DNA from: Thermodesulfobacteriota bacterium
Lineage (GTDB): Bacteria; Desulfobacterota; Desulfobulbia; Desulfobulbales; SURF-16
DNA: 63,452 nt
Reading direction: 5' to 3'
Assembly (NCBI GenBank): GCA_040755455.1
Contig: JBFMAY010000024.1
Coordinates: 1-63,452 of the forward strand
Positions within the stretch are counted from its first letter, which is position 1. The number at the start of each line of letters is the position of its first letter. The position numbers and the translations under genes are program-made. Below, piece by piece: positions 27,255-36,679 of this stretch. The notes beneath the pieces are model-generated. The model searched no databases. It was given only the letters and a program-made list of their open reading frames with translations, and had not been told where the DNA came from.

Positions 27255-27983
27255 ATGATGATGAGAAAAGTTAATAGCGTCTGCAGGAACGTCCTGTTTT
27301 TCCTTCTGTTTTTCTCCTTTTTTGCGGCCGCGGCCCATGGGGAGGTCGTTTATGTAACCGACCGGCTGGTGGTGTCGCTGCGCAGTGAACAGGGGGGCGG
27401 CGAAAAAATCGCCACCTTGTTCTCCGACACCTCCCTGCAGCTCCTTGAGAGAAGCGGCCGTTTTCTCAAACTGCGGACCGAGGACGGCAAGGAAGGCTGG
27501 CTGGAGGAACAGTACACCACCAGCGAACCCACCAAGCAGATTATTATCGGCAGCCTGGAGGCGGAGATCAAACGTCTTGAAGCCAACCTCACCCAGTTGT
27601 CCAAGGAAAGGGGACCTTTGGGCGAGCAGCTTGAAAAGAGCAAACGCGAGTATGCCGAACGGGTGAAGCTGCTTGAACAAAACCTGAGCCGGCTCCAGGC
27701 TGAGAGGGATGAACTGGCTGCCAAGTTTCAGGGAATGGAAGCCGCCTACCGGGATATCAGGGAGAAATCAGGCAATGCCGTGGAGGTTGCCGATCAATTC
27801 AAGCGCCTGCAGGCGGAATGCAGTCAGCTGGAGGTGCAGAACAAGCTGTTCCGGCAGGAAAACGAGGGGCTCAGGAAAAAAACCAATCTCTACTGGTTTT
27901 CCGCCGGCGCCGGCGTCCTTTTCCTGGGTTGGCTCATCGGCAGAATCCCACGCCGCCGGGGCAGCGGCAAGCTGTCAATCTAG
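27255..27983 (+). CDS. SH3-domain coiled-coil membrane-anchored protein (YgiM/TIGR04211-like)
   Basis: Signal peptide, YVTDRL.VSLR...GKEGW SH3b, coiled coil, C-terminal WF..GAGVLFLGWLIG anchor. Confidence 0.88.
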   Translation: MMMRKVNSVCRNVLFFLLFFSFFAAAAHGEVVYVTDRLVVSLRSEQGGGEKIATLFSDTSLQLLERSGRFLKLRTEDGKEGWLEEQYTTSEPTKQIIIGSLEAEIKRLEANLTQLSKERGPLGEQLEKSKREYAERVKLLEQNLSRLQAERDELAAKFQGMEAAYRDIREKSGNAVEVADQFKRLQAECSQLEVQNKLFRQENEGLRKKTNLYWFSAGAGVLFLGWLIGRIPRRRGSGKLSI

Positions 27984-27987
27984 GCCC

Positions 27988-29286
27988 ATGCCTCTCGTCT
28001 CCTGCCAGCGATACCTCCTTGGCGCGACGATTGTGCTATTGGCGTCAAGCCTTCTCCTCCGGCCCCTCCCGGCCCGGGCCACCAACGGCTACTGGGCCCA
28101 TGGCTACGGCCCCAAGAGCAAGGCCATGGCCGGCGCCGGGGCGGCCCTGCCTTTGGATGCCATGGACGCGGCGCAGAACCCGGCGAAAATGGTCTGGCTC
28201 GGCAACCGCATGGACCTGGGCCTTGCCGCATTCATGCCTGACCGGAGTTTCACCGCGGGCGATGACGGCGGCAACGGCTATCCAGCCATTTCGCCGGGCA
28301 CCCATGACAGCGGCAACGACATCTTTTTCATTCCCCATCTGGCCCGCAACCGGATGCTGGACGCCACCTCCTCGCTGGGCATCAGCATCGGCGCCAACGG
28401 CGGCATGAATACGGAATATGACGCGGCTGTTTTCTCGGCCTTCGATAATCCCGGCAACACAGCCACCTCCCCCACCGGCATCGACTTCAAGCAGCTGTTC
28501 ATCGGCCTGACCTATGCCCGCAAAATCGCGGCCAACCACTCCTTCGGCATCACCCCCATTGCCGCGGCCCAATCGTTCAAGGTGACCGGCCTGCAGCCCT
28601 TTCAGCCGTTTTCCTCTGATCCGGAGCAGGTGACCAACAACGGCTATGACTACTCATACGGCGGCGGGGTGAAAATCGGCTGGCTGAGCCGGATTACGGA
28701 CAGCTTTTCCGTGGGGGCCGCCTATCAAACCAAGCTGTGGATGTCGAAATTCGACGATTACCGGGGACTTTTCGCCGAGCAGGGAAACTTTGACATCCCG
28801 GCCAATTTCACCGCCGGACTGTCCTGGCAGATGACCCCGTCGCTGACCCTGGCCGCGGACGTGCAGCATATTCTCTTTGAAGAGGTGAAATCCATTGGCA
28901 ACAGCGGCTGCATGGTGCTGCGGCCCGGCTCGATCATGCTGGGCACGGACGACGGCATCGGCTTCGGCTGGCGGAACATGACCATCGGCAAATTCGGCCT
29001 GCAATGGCAATGCCTCACCGACCTGACATTGCGGGCCGGCTACAGCACCGGCAACCAGCCCATTGCCGGCGAGCAGGCCCTTTTCAACATCCTGGCTCCG
29101 GCCGTGGTCACCGAACACTATACCCTGGGGCTGACCAGGACATTCGGCAACATGGAACTCAGCCTGTCACTGCTCTATGCCCCGGAAAACAAGGTGAGCG
29201 GCACCAATCCCAATACCGGTCTCCAGACCGGCTCGCTGGCCATGAGCCAGTACGAGGTGGAGATCGGCATCGGCTTTGTCTTTTAG
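27988..29286 (+). CDS. FadL/TodX-family outer-membrane transporter
   Basis: ATNGY..HGYG.KSKAMAGA, NPA motif, GGMNTEY, FGW, C-terminal Phe. Confidence 0.88.
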   Translation: MPLVSCQRYLLGATIVLLASSLLLRPLPARATNGYWAHGYGPKSKAMAGAGAALPLDAMDAAQNPAKMVWLGNRMDLGLAAFMPDRSFTAGDDGGNGYPAISPGTHDSGNDIFFIPHLARNRMLDATSSLGISIGANGGMNTEYDAAVFSAFDNPGNTATSPTGIDFKQLFIGLTYARKIAANHSFGITPIAAAQSFKVTGLQPFQPFSSDPEQVTNNGYDYSYGGGVKIGWLSRITDSFSVGAAYQTKLWMSKFDDYRGLFAEQGNFDIPANFTAGLSWQMTPSLTLAADVQHILFEEVKSIGNSGCMVLRPGSIMLGTDDGIGFGWRNMTIGKFGLQWQCLTDLTLRAGYSTGNQPIAGEQALFNILAPAVVTEHYTLGLTRTFGNMELSLSLLYAPENKVSGTNPNTGLQTGSLAMSQYEVEIGIGFVF

Positions 29287-29328
29287 GGGCCATGGTGAAA
29301 TAACCATTACATCGAGAAGGGTTTTCCC

Positions 29329-30396
29329 ATGAAAAAAAATGTGCTGGTTATCGCCGCCGCAGTGCTGGCAATCGGCCTGATCGCCTTCTTCTTCCTGAGC
29401 ACCTCCTCCCGGCGGAGCGGGGCGGTTGTCACCACCGGCATTGTTGAGGGGACGGAGGTCAACATAGCCGCCAAGATATCCGGCAGGATTGCCGGCATCT
29501 GCTGCCGGGAAGGAGACATGGTCACGGCCGGGCAACAGGTCCTGCTGCTTGAAAGCGAGGATCTGACCGCCTCCCGCAACCAGGCTGCCGCCAGACTCGA
29601 CAAGGCGGAGGCCGAGGTGATCGTCAGCAGGGCAGCCATTGAAAACGGCCGGGCCAATGTGGAGAGCGCCACGGCGGACATCGCCAACGCCCGGGCGGAT
29701 CTGCTGCGCTATCAGGCCGGCGAGCAGGACGCCAACCGCCACCTTGAACGGATCGCCAGACTTTACCGGGAACAATCCATCGCCCGGCAAACCTATGATT
29801 CCGCCGTGGCGGCCCATGAGATGGCCAGGGCGGAAACCCGTGCGGCCCATGCCAGGATCGATGCCGCCGTGGCCCGGCGGAATGCGGCCCAGGCCCAGCT
29901 GCGCATGGCCGAAAGCGCGCTGCGCTCCGCCGAGGCCGGGGTCAGGGAGGCGGCAGCCGATCTACAGTTCAGCCAGGCCAGGCTGGCCGACACCATCATC
30001 ACCAGCCCGCTGGCCGGCATGGTGGTCAACCGGACGGTGGAAAAAGGGGAAACCGTCACGGCCGGGGTCACCGCCCTGACCATTGTCGATCCGGCCAGCC
30101 TGTACGTCCGGGTTGATCTTGATGAAAAAATGATCAGCGCGGTTGCCCTGGACAGCCAGGCGGCAATCACTGTTGAAGGCCTCCCCGGCCGGGTTTTCCA
30201 GGGCCGGGTGGCGGAAATAGGCCGCTACGCGGAGTTTGCCACCCAGCGGGATGTGGTCAGGGGCCGCCATGACATCAAGACATTCAAGGTGAAAATCCGC
30301 CTTGCGGACAGCGACGGCCTGCTCAAACCCGGCATGACCGTTGACGTGGAGATGCCGGGAGGGACCCAAAATGACCCAGCCAATCAGCGCCGTTGA
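29329..30396 (+). CDS. HlyD-family membrane fusion protein
   Basis: G.VEGTEVNIAAKISGRI, EGDMV, long Ala-rich coiled coil, ITSPLAG.V, LKPGMT. Confidence 0.9.
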   Translation: MKKNVLVIAAAVLAIGLIAFFFLSTSSRRSGAVVTTGIVEGTEVNIAAKISGRIAGICCREGDMVTAGQQVLLLESEDLTASRNQAAARLDKAEAEVIVSRAAIENGRANVESATADIANARADLLRYQAGEQDANRHLERIARLYREQSIARQTYDSAVAAHEMARAETRAAHARIDAAVARRNAAQAQLRMAESALRSAEAGVREAAADLQFSQARLADTIITSPLAGMVVNRTVEKGETVTAGVTALTIVDPASLYVRVDLDEKMISAVALDSQAAITVEGLPGRVFQGRVAEIGRYAEFATQRDVVRGRHDIKTFKVKIRLADSDGLLKPGMTVDVEMPGGTQNDPANQRR

Positions 30397-31378
30397 GGTG
30401 GCCGGCATTACCAGGAAATTCGGCAACTTCACCGCGGTAGACAACATCAGTTTCCAGGTGGCCGAAGGGGAGATTTTCGGATTTCTCGGCACCAACGGCG
30501 CCGGCAAAACCACCCTGATCCGCATGTTGACCACCCTGCTGCGTCCCACCAGCGGCCAGGCTTGGGTTGCCGGTTTTGACATAACCGGAGATCCCGATAA
30601 GGTGCGCCGCGCCATCGGCGTCGTGCCCCAGTCCCTGACCAGCGATCTCGATCTCACCGGCTATGAAAACATGGATATCTACGGCCGCTTTTACAGCATC
30701 AGCGCCAGGGAGCGCAGGGAGCGCATCCCCTATCTGCTCGAACTGGTCGGCCTGAGCGCCTGGGCCGATAATCTCGTCGCCTCCTATTCCGGCGGCATGC
30801 GCCGCAGGCTTGAGCTGGCCCGGGTCCTGGTCCACCGGCCCCGCATCCTCTTTCTCGATGAACCCACCATCGGCCTTGACCCCCAGTCAAGAAGGGTGGT
30901 GTGGAATTTCATCCGCCAACTGCGGCAGGGCGATGCCATGACCCTGTTCCTCACCACCCATTACATGGACGAGGCGGAGGCCCTGTGCGAACGGGTGGCG
31001 ATCATCGATTCCGGCAAACTGATCGCCATCGGCGCACCTGATGAGCTGAAAGCCCGGATCCCGGGCAGCGATATCGTCTCCCTCAAGGTGACGCAGCTGA
31101 GTGATGACATGGTGGAGCGGATCGGCAGCATCCCCTGCGTTCATTCCGTCACCGTGGAGGAAAATACCCTGCGGGCCTATGTGGATAACGGGGCGGAAAA
31201 TCTGCCGCTGCTGATCGAGACCATCAAGGCGGGCGGCCTGCGGGTGGTCTCAGCCACCCTGCATGAGCAGTCCCTGGAGGATGTTTTCATCCATTTCACC
31301 GGCAAATCCATCCGGGAAGAGACCAAAAAATTCAATTTTCTCGTCGGCGCGGGTATCCCCCAGAAGTGGGGCAGATAG
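30371..31378 (+). CDS. ABC transporter ATP-binding protein (DrrA-like)
   Basis: GTNGAGKTT, YSGGMRRRLELAR, LDEPTIGLD, TTHYMDEA. Confidence 0.92.
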   Translation: MTQPISAVEVAGITRKFGNFTAVDNISFQVAEGEIFGFLGTNGAGKTTLIRMLTTLLRPTSGQAWVAGFDITGDPDKVRRAIGVVPQSLTSDLDLTGYENMDIYGRFYSISARERRERIPYLLELVGLSAWADNLVASYSGGMRRRLELARVLVHRPRILFLDEPTIGLDPQSRRVVWNFIRQLRQGDAMTLFLTTHYMDEAEALCERVAIIDSGKLIAIGAPDELKARIPGSDIVSLKVTQLSDDMVERIGSIPCVHSVTVEENTLRAYVDNGAENLPLLIETIKAGGLRVVSATLHEQSLEDVFIHFTGKSIREETKKFNFLVGAGIPQKWGR

Positions 31379-31389
31379 GCCAAAGGAGG

Positions 31390-32508
31390 ATGGACGTGCG
31401 ACTGCTGGCCGTAATCGACCGGGACCTCAAAAAATTCAGGCGCAATCCGATGGTCATCGCCATGAGCATCCTCATGCCCATCCTCTACCTGGTGATCCTG
31501 GGCAATTCCTTTCAGGGAAAACTGCAGGGGCTGCCCCTGGCCGTGGTCAGACAGGACACCGGCCAGTCATCCAGGCTGGTCATGGAAAACCTGCGGGCCA
31601 TCGAAGCTGGTCCCCGGACCTTCAGCATCATCCCCCTGCGGGACCAGCAGGAGGCCATTGACGGGGTCAAGGACGGCACCTACAAGGCGGCGATCATCAT
31701 CCCCCGGGACTTCAGCAGGAAAATCGCCATGCAGGCCGTGCCGGAAATCGGCCTTTTCCTTGACAACACCGACGGCATCTCGGCGGAATCGGTCCGGGCC
31801 GCGGTGAACGGCGCCATCCGCGCCATGCAGGCGGAATATGTGCCGATCAGGGAGAAGGCGGATGAGGTGCGGCTGCGGGACATCAATCTCTACCCCAAGG
31901 TGGACTATTTTCAGTCCCTGGTGCCGGGCGTGGTCATCATGGCCATCTTCCTCGGCGCCCTGACCACCGGCGCCTTCAATCTGGTGATGGACCGTTTTCT
32001 CGGGGTGGATGAAAGCTACATGCTCACCCCCCTGTCCAAGATGGATATCGTCGGCGGCCTGATCATCAGCGGGCTCATCGTCACCACCTGCATCGCCACC
32101 CTGATTTTTATCGTCAGCATCCTGATAACCGGCATTCCCTTTGCCAACTGGCTTGAACAGGGGATTGCCATTTTGCTGGTCATTGTGCTGACCACCCTCG
32201 GCCTGCTCAGCATGATGTTCGTGCTGCTGGGCCGCCTGGGTCATCCCCGCATCGTGGGTATTCTGAGCGGTTTCTTGAACGTCATCCTGTTTTTCCCGAG
32301 CGGCGCGGTCTACCCCATTGACAGTTTTCCCCACTGGCTGAAGGTCTTTGCCAAGGTCAATCCCGAGGCCTACGCGGTGCATGCCTTGAAAACCATCCTT
32401 TTCAAAGGCGCGGGCATCGCCAGCATCGCGGACGATCTCGCCTTTCTCGCCTGTTTCACCATCCTGATGCTGACCACCGCGGTTCTCACCTTCAAGAGGA
32501 GCGGCTGA
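31390..32508 (+). CDS. ABC-2 type permease
   Basis: AGGAGG RBS, six hydrophobic segments, FFPSGAVYPIDSFP.WL...NP..YAV. Confidence 0.9.
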   Translation: MDVRLLAVIDRDLKKFRRNPMVIAMSILMPILYLVILGNSFQGKLQGLPLAVVRQDTGQSSRLVMENLRAIEAGPRTFSIIPLRDQQEAIDGVKDGTYKAAIIIPRDFSRKIAMQAVPEIGLFLDNTDGISAESVRAAVNGAIRAMQAEYVPIREKADEVRLRDINLYPKVDYFQSLVPGVVIMAIFLGALTTGAFNLVMDRFLGVDESYMLTPLSKMDIVGGLIISGLIVTTCIATLIFIVSILITGIPFANWLEQGIAILLVIVLTTLGLLSMMFVLLGRLGHPRIVGILSGFLNVILFFPSGAVYPIDSFPHWLKVFAKVNPEAYAVHALKTILFKGAGIASIADDLAFLACFTILMLTTAVLTFKRSG

Positions 32509-32861
32509 CCGCTGGTACCGTGACCGTTTTCCGCTCCATTTCACCGCTGGCGCAGCCAAAAAACAACCACCGGGCAGACCATGGGCTGCCCCGCTAACAA
32601 AACCCATGATTACATAGTGTTACAAACATTTTTACAGCACGACGAATGAGCTTGACATGGAATTTCGAATTATGTATTAGCATTTTTAACTTGATACAAT
32701 CAGTCCCATTATCCTGACTGCTCAACCATCACTTTTGCACAGAGGACAACGGAAGACTTGCCGCATAAAAAGCTAACCAGCAGCTTATTATCCGCCAAAC
32801 CGCCTGGGACCCTTTTATGTTGAAATCAGTGTTCCGCTTATAAAGATCGAGGCTCCCGCGC

Positions 32862-33329
32862 ATGCTCACCGTCAAGACCTATCTGGCGCCGTCTAAAGTC
32901 CACGGCATTGGCCTGTTCGCCGCCGAAAAGATTCCAGCGGAAGCGGTTGTCTGGAAATACAACCGCTTCATCGACAAAATTTTCAGCGTGCCTGCCTTTC
33001 TCAAGATCTGTCAGGACCAGGACCATCCCACCCTGAGCCACCTGCTTAATTCCAGCTACAAGAAAAACGGCAAATACTTCTACCTGACGGACAATGCCAG
33101 GTTCATCAACCATTCCGACTTAAACAGCAATATCTCCTTTGCCGATGAATTCACGGAAAGGGCCGAGCGTGACATTGAGGCTGATGAAGAACTGCTGGAG
33201 AATTATCACCTCTCCTATGATGTGGATGATTTCTTCTTCCAGGAGCTGTTCAACATCAGACCCGATGATTACCTCAATATCATTGCCCAGGGGTGCCACT
33301 GCCATGCTCATTATCGATACGTATCTTGA
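32862..33329 (+). CDS. SET-domain protein (copy 1)
   Basis: S.VHGIGLFA, ARFINHS, RDIEADEELLENY. Confidence 0.85.
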   Translation: MLTVKTYLAPSKVHGIGLFAAEKIPAEAVVWKYNRFIDKIFSVPAFLKICQDQDHPTLSHLLNSSYKKNGKYFYLTDNARFINHSDLNSNISFADEFTERAERDIEADEELLENYHLSYDVDDFFFQELFNIRPDDYLNIIAQGCHCHAHYRYVS

Positions 33330-33714
33330 CCGCTCCAGCCTGCATGGCATCGGGGTTTTCGCCGCTGAGGATGTGGCCAGGGGCCGGGTGGTCTGGGAGT
33401 TCAATCCCCTGCTCGATCTGGAATTCACCGCCGCGCAGTGGCGGGAAATGCAGCGCCAGGCCGCGCCCGCAAGTTTCAAGCACATCCGCCGCTACTCCTA
33501 TAAAGAGAACAACAGGTTCTATCTGTGCGTGGATAATGCCCAGTTCATGAATCACAGTAATGATGCCGCCAATGTGGCAAACGACAAAACGAGCAACACC
33601 ATGGTGGCCAGCACCGATATCCGCAAGGGCGAGGAGTTGCTCTGCAATTATTTTGAATATTGCGACAGCGACGACTTCAACCTGCGGCAAATCAGACAGG
33701 ATCACGGCAGCTGA
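33304..33714 (+). CDS. SET-domain protein (copy 2)
   Basis: S.LHGIGVFA, AQFMNHS, DIRKGEELLCNY; ATG at 33304 overlaps the end of copy 1. Confidence 0.85.
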   Translation: MLIIDTYLDRSSLHGIGVFAAEDVARGRVVWEFNPLLDLEFTAAQWREMQRQAAPASFKHIRRYSYKENNRFYLCVDNAQFMNHSNDAANVANDKTSNTMVASTDIRKGEELLCNYFEYCDSDDFNLRQIRQDHGS

Positions 33715-33949
33715 TCGCCGGTCAGACCGCTGGGCCTTTACCGCCCCCTCCGCATCTCCTTTGCAGGCAGGCCGCACTCCGGCCCAACCCCTGACATTTT
33801 CCATCTCCGCCAGAAATCAGTCCGCCCGTTGTTATTATTGCTTTTTTTCCGGCAAACACCTGTGATATTCTGAAAACGGCAATGGCCCGCCTTTCGGGGC
33901 CGGATCAATGCGAAAAAACAGCATTCATCTTCACAAGTGGGGGTACAAC

Positions 33950-36025
33950 ATGCCGCGCTGTCACAACATGCTCCCGGAAATGGTTTTTGCCCTGTCCATC
34001 CTGCTGCCTTTGGCGCTGCCGGGCCAGGTGGCCGGCCTTACCGAATCACCTGATGATCTCACGGAATTAAGCCTTGAAGAGCTGATGGATATCAAAATCG
34101 TGGCAGCCTCCAAGAAGAAACAGCGGATCTCCCAGGTGGCGGCCTCGGCCTTTGTCATCACCCGGGACGATATCCGGCGTTACGGCTATCGTACCCTGGG
34201 CGAATCCCTGCGGAGAATCAGCGGGCTGTACCTGAGCTCGGACCGCAATTATGATTATCTCGGGGTGCGGGGCTTCAGTCTGCCCGGTGATTACAACACC
34301 AGAATTCTTGTGCTGGTTGACGGCCACCGGGTCAACAATGCCCTCTACGATGCCTCCCTGCTGGAAGACGGTTTTCCCATTGATATTGAAAGCATTGATC
34401 GCATCGAGGTGGTCAAGGGGCCAGGCTCCGCCCTGTGGGGCAGCAATGCGCTCTTTGCCGTGGTCAACGTCATCACCAGCAAAGGCGGCGACCTGGCGGG
34501 CGGCCGGGTGCTGGCTGAAACCGGCAGCCATATGCGCCGCAAAGGCTTTGTTGAATATGGCCGGCTTTTGGACAATGGTTTTGAGCTGGCCGGCTCGCTT
34601 TCCGGCCTGGACTCGGATGGAGAAAATCACATCTACTTTCCGGAACTCGACCAGCCCGGCTTTCATCATGGCGTGGCCAAAGGAGTTGACGGCGAGGATG
34701 CCTACAAGGGCTATCTCTCGCTCGCCTATCATGACGTAGGGCTTATGCTCTACCAGAGCAAACGCCGGAAAACAGTGCCCACCGCCGCCTGGGACGGGGC
34801 CTTCAATGACAGCGGCACCTACACGGATGACGGCTTCACCAGTGCCGAGCTGAGCTATGAAAAGGACCTGGCCGGCAGCAGCAACGGCCATTTGCTGGCC
34901 CGCATCTATCACGATGACTATGACTATTCCGGCGAATATCCCCGCTATGACGGCGGCGGCTGGGCCGGAACATACGTTGACAACAAAGACGAAGGGTGGT
35001 CCAAACAATGGGGGGCGGAACTCCGCTACGGCATGGATATCACCAAGGCCCTCACCGCGACTTTGGGGGTCGAATACCAGGATGTCTATGAAATCCATCA
35101 GAAAAACTGGGACACCTCTCCTGATTATGCTCTGTCCCTTGACACCGGGACGGACGAGAACGCCTACCACTCCTCCGCCTATTATCTGCAGGGAGAATAC
35201 GGCCTGCTGGACAATCTCCAGCTGATCGGCGGCATCCGGCTTGATGACTATTCCACCATCGGCAAACAGTGGAACCCGCGGGCCGCCCTGGTCTACTCGC
35301 CCCGCCTGTCGACCATCTTCAAGCTGCTCTACGGCGAGGCCTTCCGCGCCCCCAACGATTACGAACGAAATTATGACGACGGGGGCTGGCAGATCGGCAA
35401 CGACCGCCTGGAACCGGAAACCATCAGAACCTGGGAACTGGTCTGCGAGCAGAATATCAACAGCCATACCCGGCTGGTGGCCAGCATCTTCCGCTTTGAA
35501 CTGCAGGATCTCATCACCCAGGTGGAAACCGCGGATTACCTGCTCCAGTTTCAGAACAATCCGCACGAGGTCAGAAGCGACGGGGTGGAGATCCAGCTGG
35601 AGACCCGGTTCGACAACGGCATTGAGGGCTATCTGGGGGTCAGCACCGTCAACACCCGGGACCTTGAGCTGGACTCCCGGCTGACCAATTCGCCGGCCCT
35701 GCTGGCTTCCGGCGGCATTTCCATACCTCTCTGGTCAAAAAAACTCTATCTGTCCCCTGATTTTTTCTATGCGGCTGACCGCAAATCGGCCGACACCACC
35801 GAGGATGCCGGCTCCTATTTTCTGACCAACCTGTCCCTCACCTCGGCAACCCTTTTCAAGGATGTCAGCCTGTCGTTTAGTGTCTATAATCTGTTTGCCA
35901 AGGATATCATCGCCCCAGGAGCCGGCGAGCATTACCACTATGATCCCGCTGCAGACAATTACCTCTACTTCAATATTCCGCAGGAGGGGAGAACCTTTCG
36001 TTTCCAGCTTTCCTGCCGTTTTTAA
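33950..36025 (+). CDS. TonB-dependent receptor
   Basis: LTELSLEELMDI.I..ASK, plug motif LVLVDG...IDRIEVVKGPGSALWGSNAL, LEPETI, C-terminal Phe. Start could instead be 33908 or 33968. Confidence 0.92.
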   Translation: MPRCHNMLPEMVFALSILLPLALPGQVAGLTESPDDLTELSLEELMDIKIVAASKKKQRISQVAASAFVITRDDIRRYGYRTLGESLRRISGLYLSSDRNYDYLGVRGFSLPGDYNTRILVLVDGHRVNNALYDASLLEDGFPIDIESIDRIEVVKGPGSALWGSNALFAVVNVITSKGGDLAGGRVLAETGSHMRRKGFVEYGRLLDNGFELAGSLSGLDSDGENHIYFPELDQPGFHHGVAKGVDGEDAYKGYLSLAYHDVGLMLYQSKRRKTVPTAAWDGAFNDSGTYTDDGFTSAELSYEKDLAGSSNGHLLARIYHDDYDYSGEYPRYDGGGWAGTYVDNKDEGWSKQWGAELRYGMDITKALTATLGVEYQDVYEIHQKNWDTSPDYALSLDTGTDENAYHSSAYYLQGEYGLLDNLQLIGGIRLDDYSTIGKQWNPRAALVYSPRLSTIFKLLYGEAFRAPNDYERNYDDGGWQIGNDRLEPETIRTWELVCEQNINSHTRLVASIFRFELQDLITQVETADYLLQFQNNPHEVRSDGVEIQLETRFDNGIEGYLGVSTVNTRDLELDSRLTNSPALLASGGISIPLWSKKLYLSPDFFYAADRKSADTTEDAGSYFLTNLSLTSATLFKDVSLSFSVYNLFAKDIIAPGAGEHYHYDPAADNYLYFNIPQEGRTFRFQLSCRF

Positions 36026-36059
36026 CGGATATTACAAAACAGCAACCGGCCGCTCATCC

Positions 36060-36623
36060 ATGAACTACGCCTTGGCCATACTGGAAAAATTCCTGCAACG
36101 CGCAACGATGCTGCTGGCCCTGGTGCTGTGCGTCACCTCCCCTGCCGGGGCGGAGCAGCTGACCGGCGGCGAGTATGCGGTCAAGGCGGTTTTTCTCCTG
36201 AATTTCGCCAAGTTCACCCAGTGGCCGGCGGCGGCATTTGACAGCGAGCAAAGCAGCATTGTGCTGGGGATCTGCGGGGACGATGATTTCGGCGAGGCCT
36301 TAAGCGCCATAGAGGGCAAAACCGCCGGGGGCCGCAAACTGGTGGTCAAAAAACTGGGACAGGGCGGCGAGCTGCACGGCTGCCATATCCTGTTTATCAG
36401 CGCCTCGGAAAAATGGCGCCTGCAGCAGATCCTCTCCGAACTGGCGGGACAGCCCGTCCTGACCGTGGCGGACATGGAAAATTTTGCCGAACAGGGAGGG
36501 ATCATCTCCCTCGGCAATGAGGGAACGAAAATCAAACTGACCATCAATCAGGCGGCAGCGCAACGGGCCGGCCTCAAAATCAGCTCCCAGCTCCTGAAAA
36601 TCGCCACCATCGTGGGCAACTGA
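36060..36623 (+). CDS. YfiR/DUF4154-family periplasmic protein
   Basis: EYAVKAVFLLNFAKFTQWP, CHILFI, PVLTVAD, GGII, IN..AA.RAGLKISSQLL.IA. Confidence 0.9.
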   Translation: MNYALAILEKFLQRATMLLALVLCVTSPAGAEQLTGGEYAVKAVFLLNFAKFTQWPAAAFDSEQSSIVLGICGDDDFGEALSAIEGKTAGGRKLVVKKLGQGGELHGCHILFISASEKWRLQQILSELAGQPVLTVADMENFAEQGGIISLGNEGTKIKLTINQAAAQRAGLKISSQLLKIATIVGN

Positions 36624-36679
36624 CCATTTTGACCGCGGGCCTGCTGCCGGGCAGTGTTGCCGGAGACGCCCGCTGCTGA

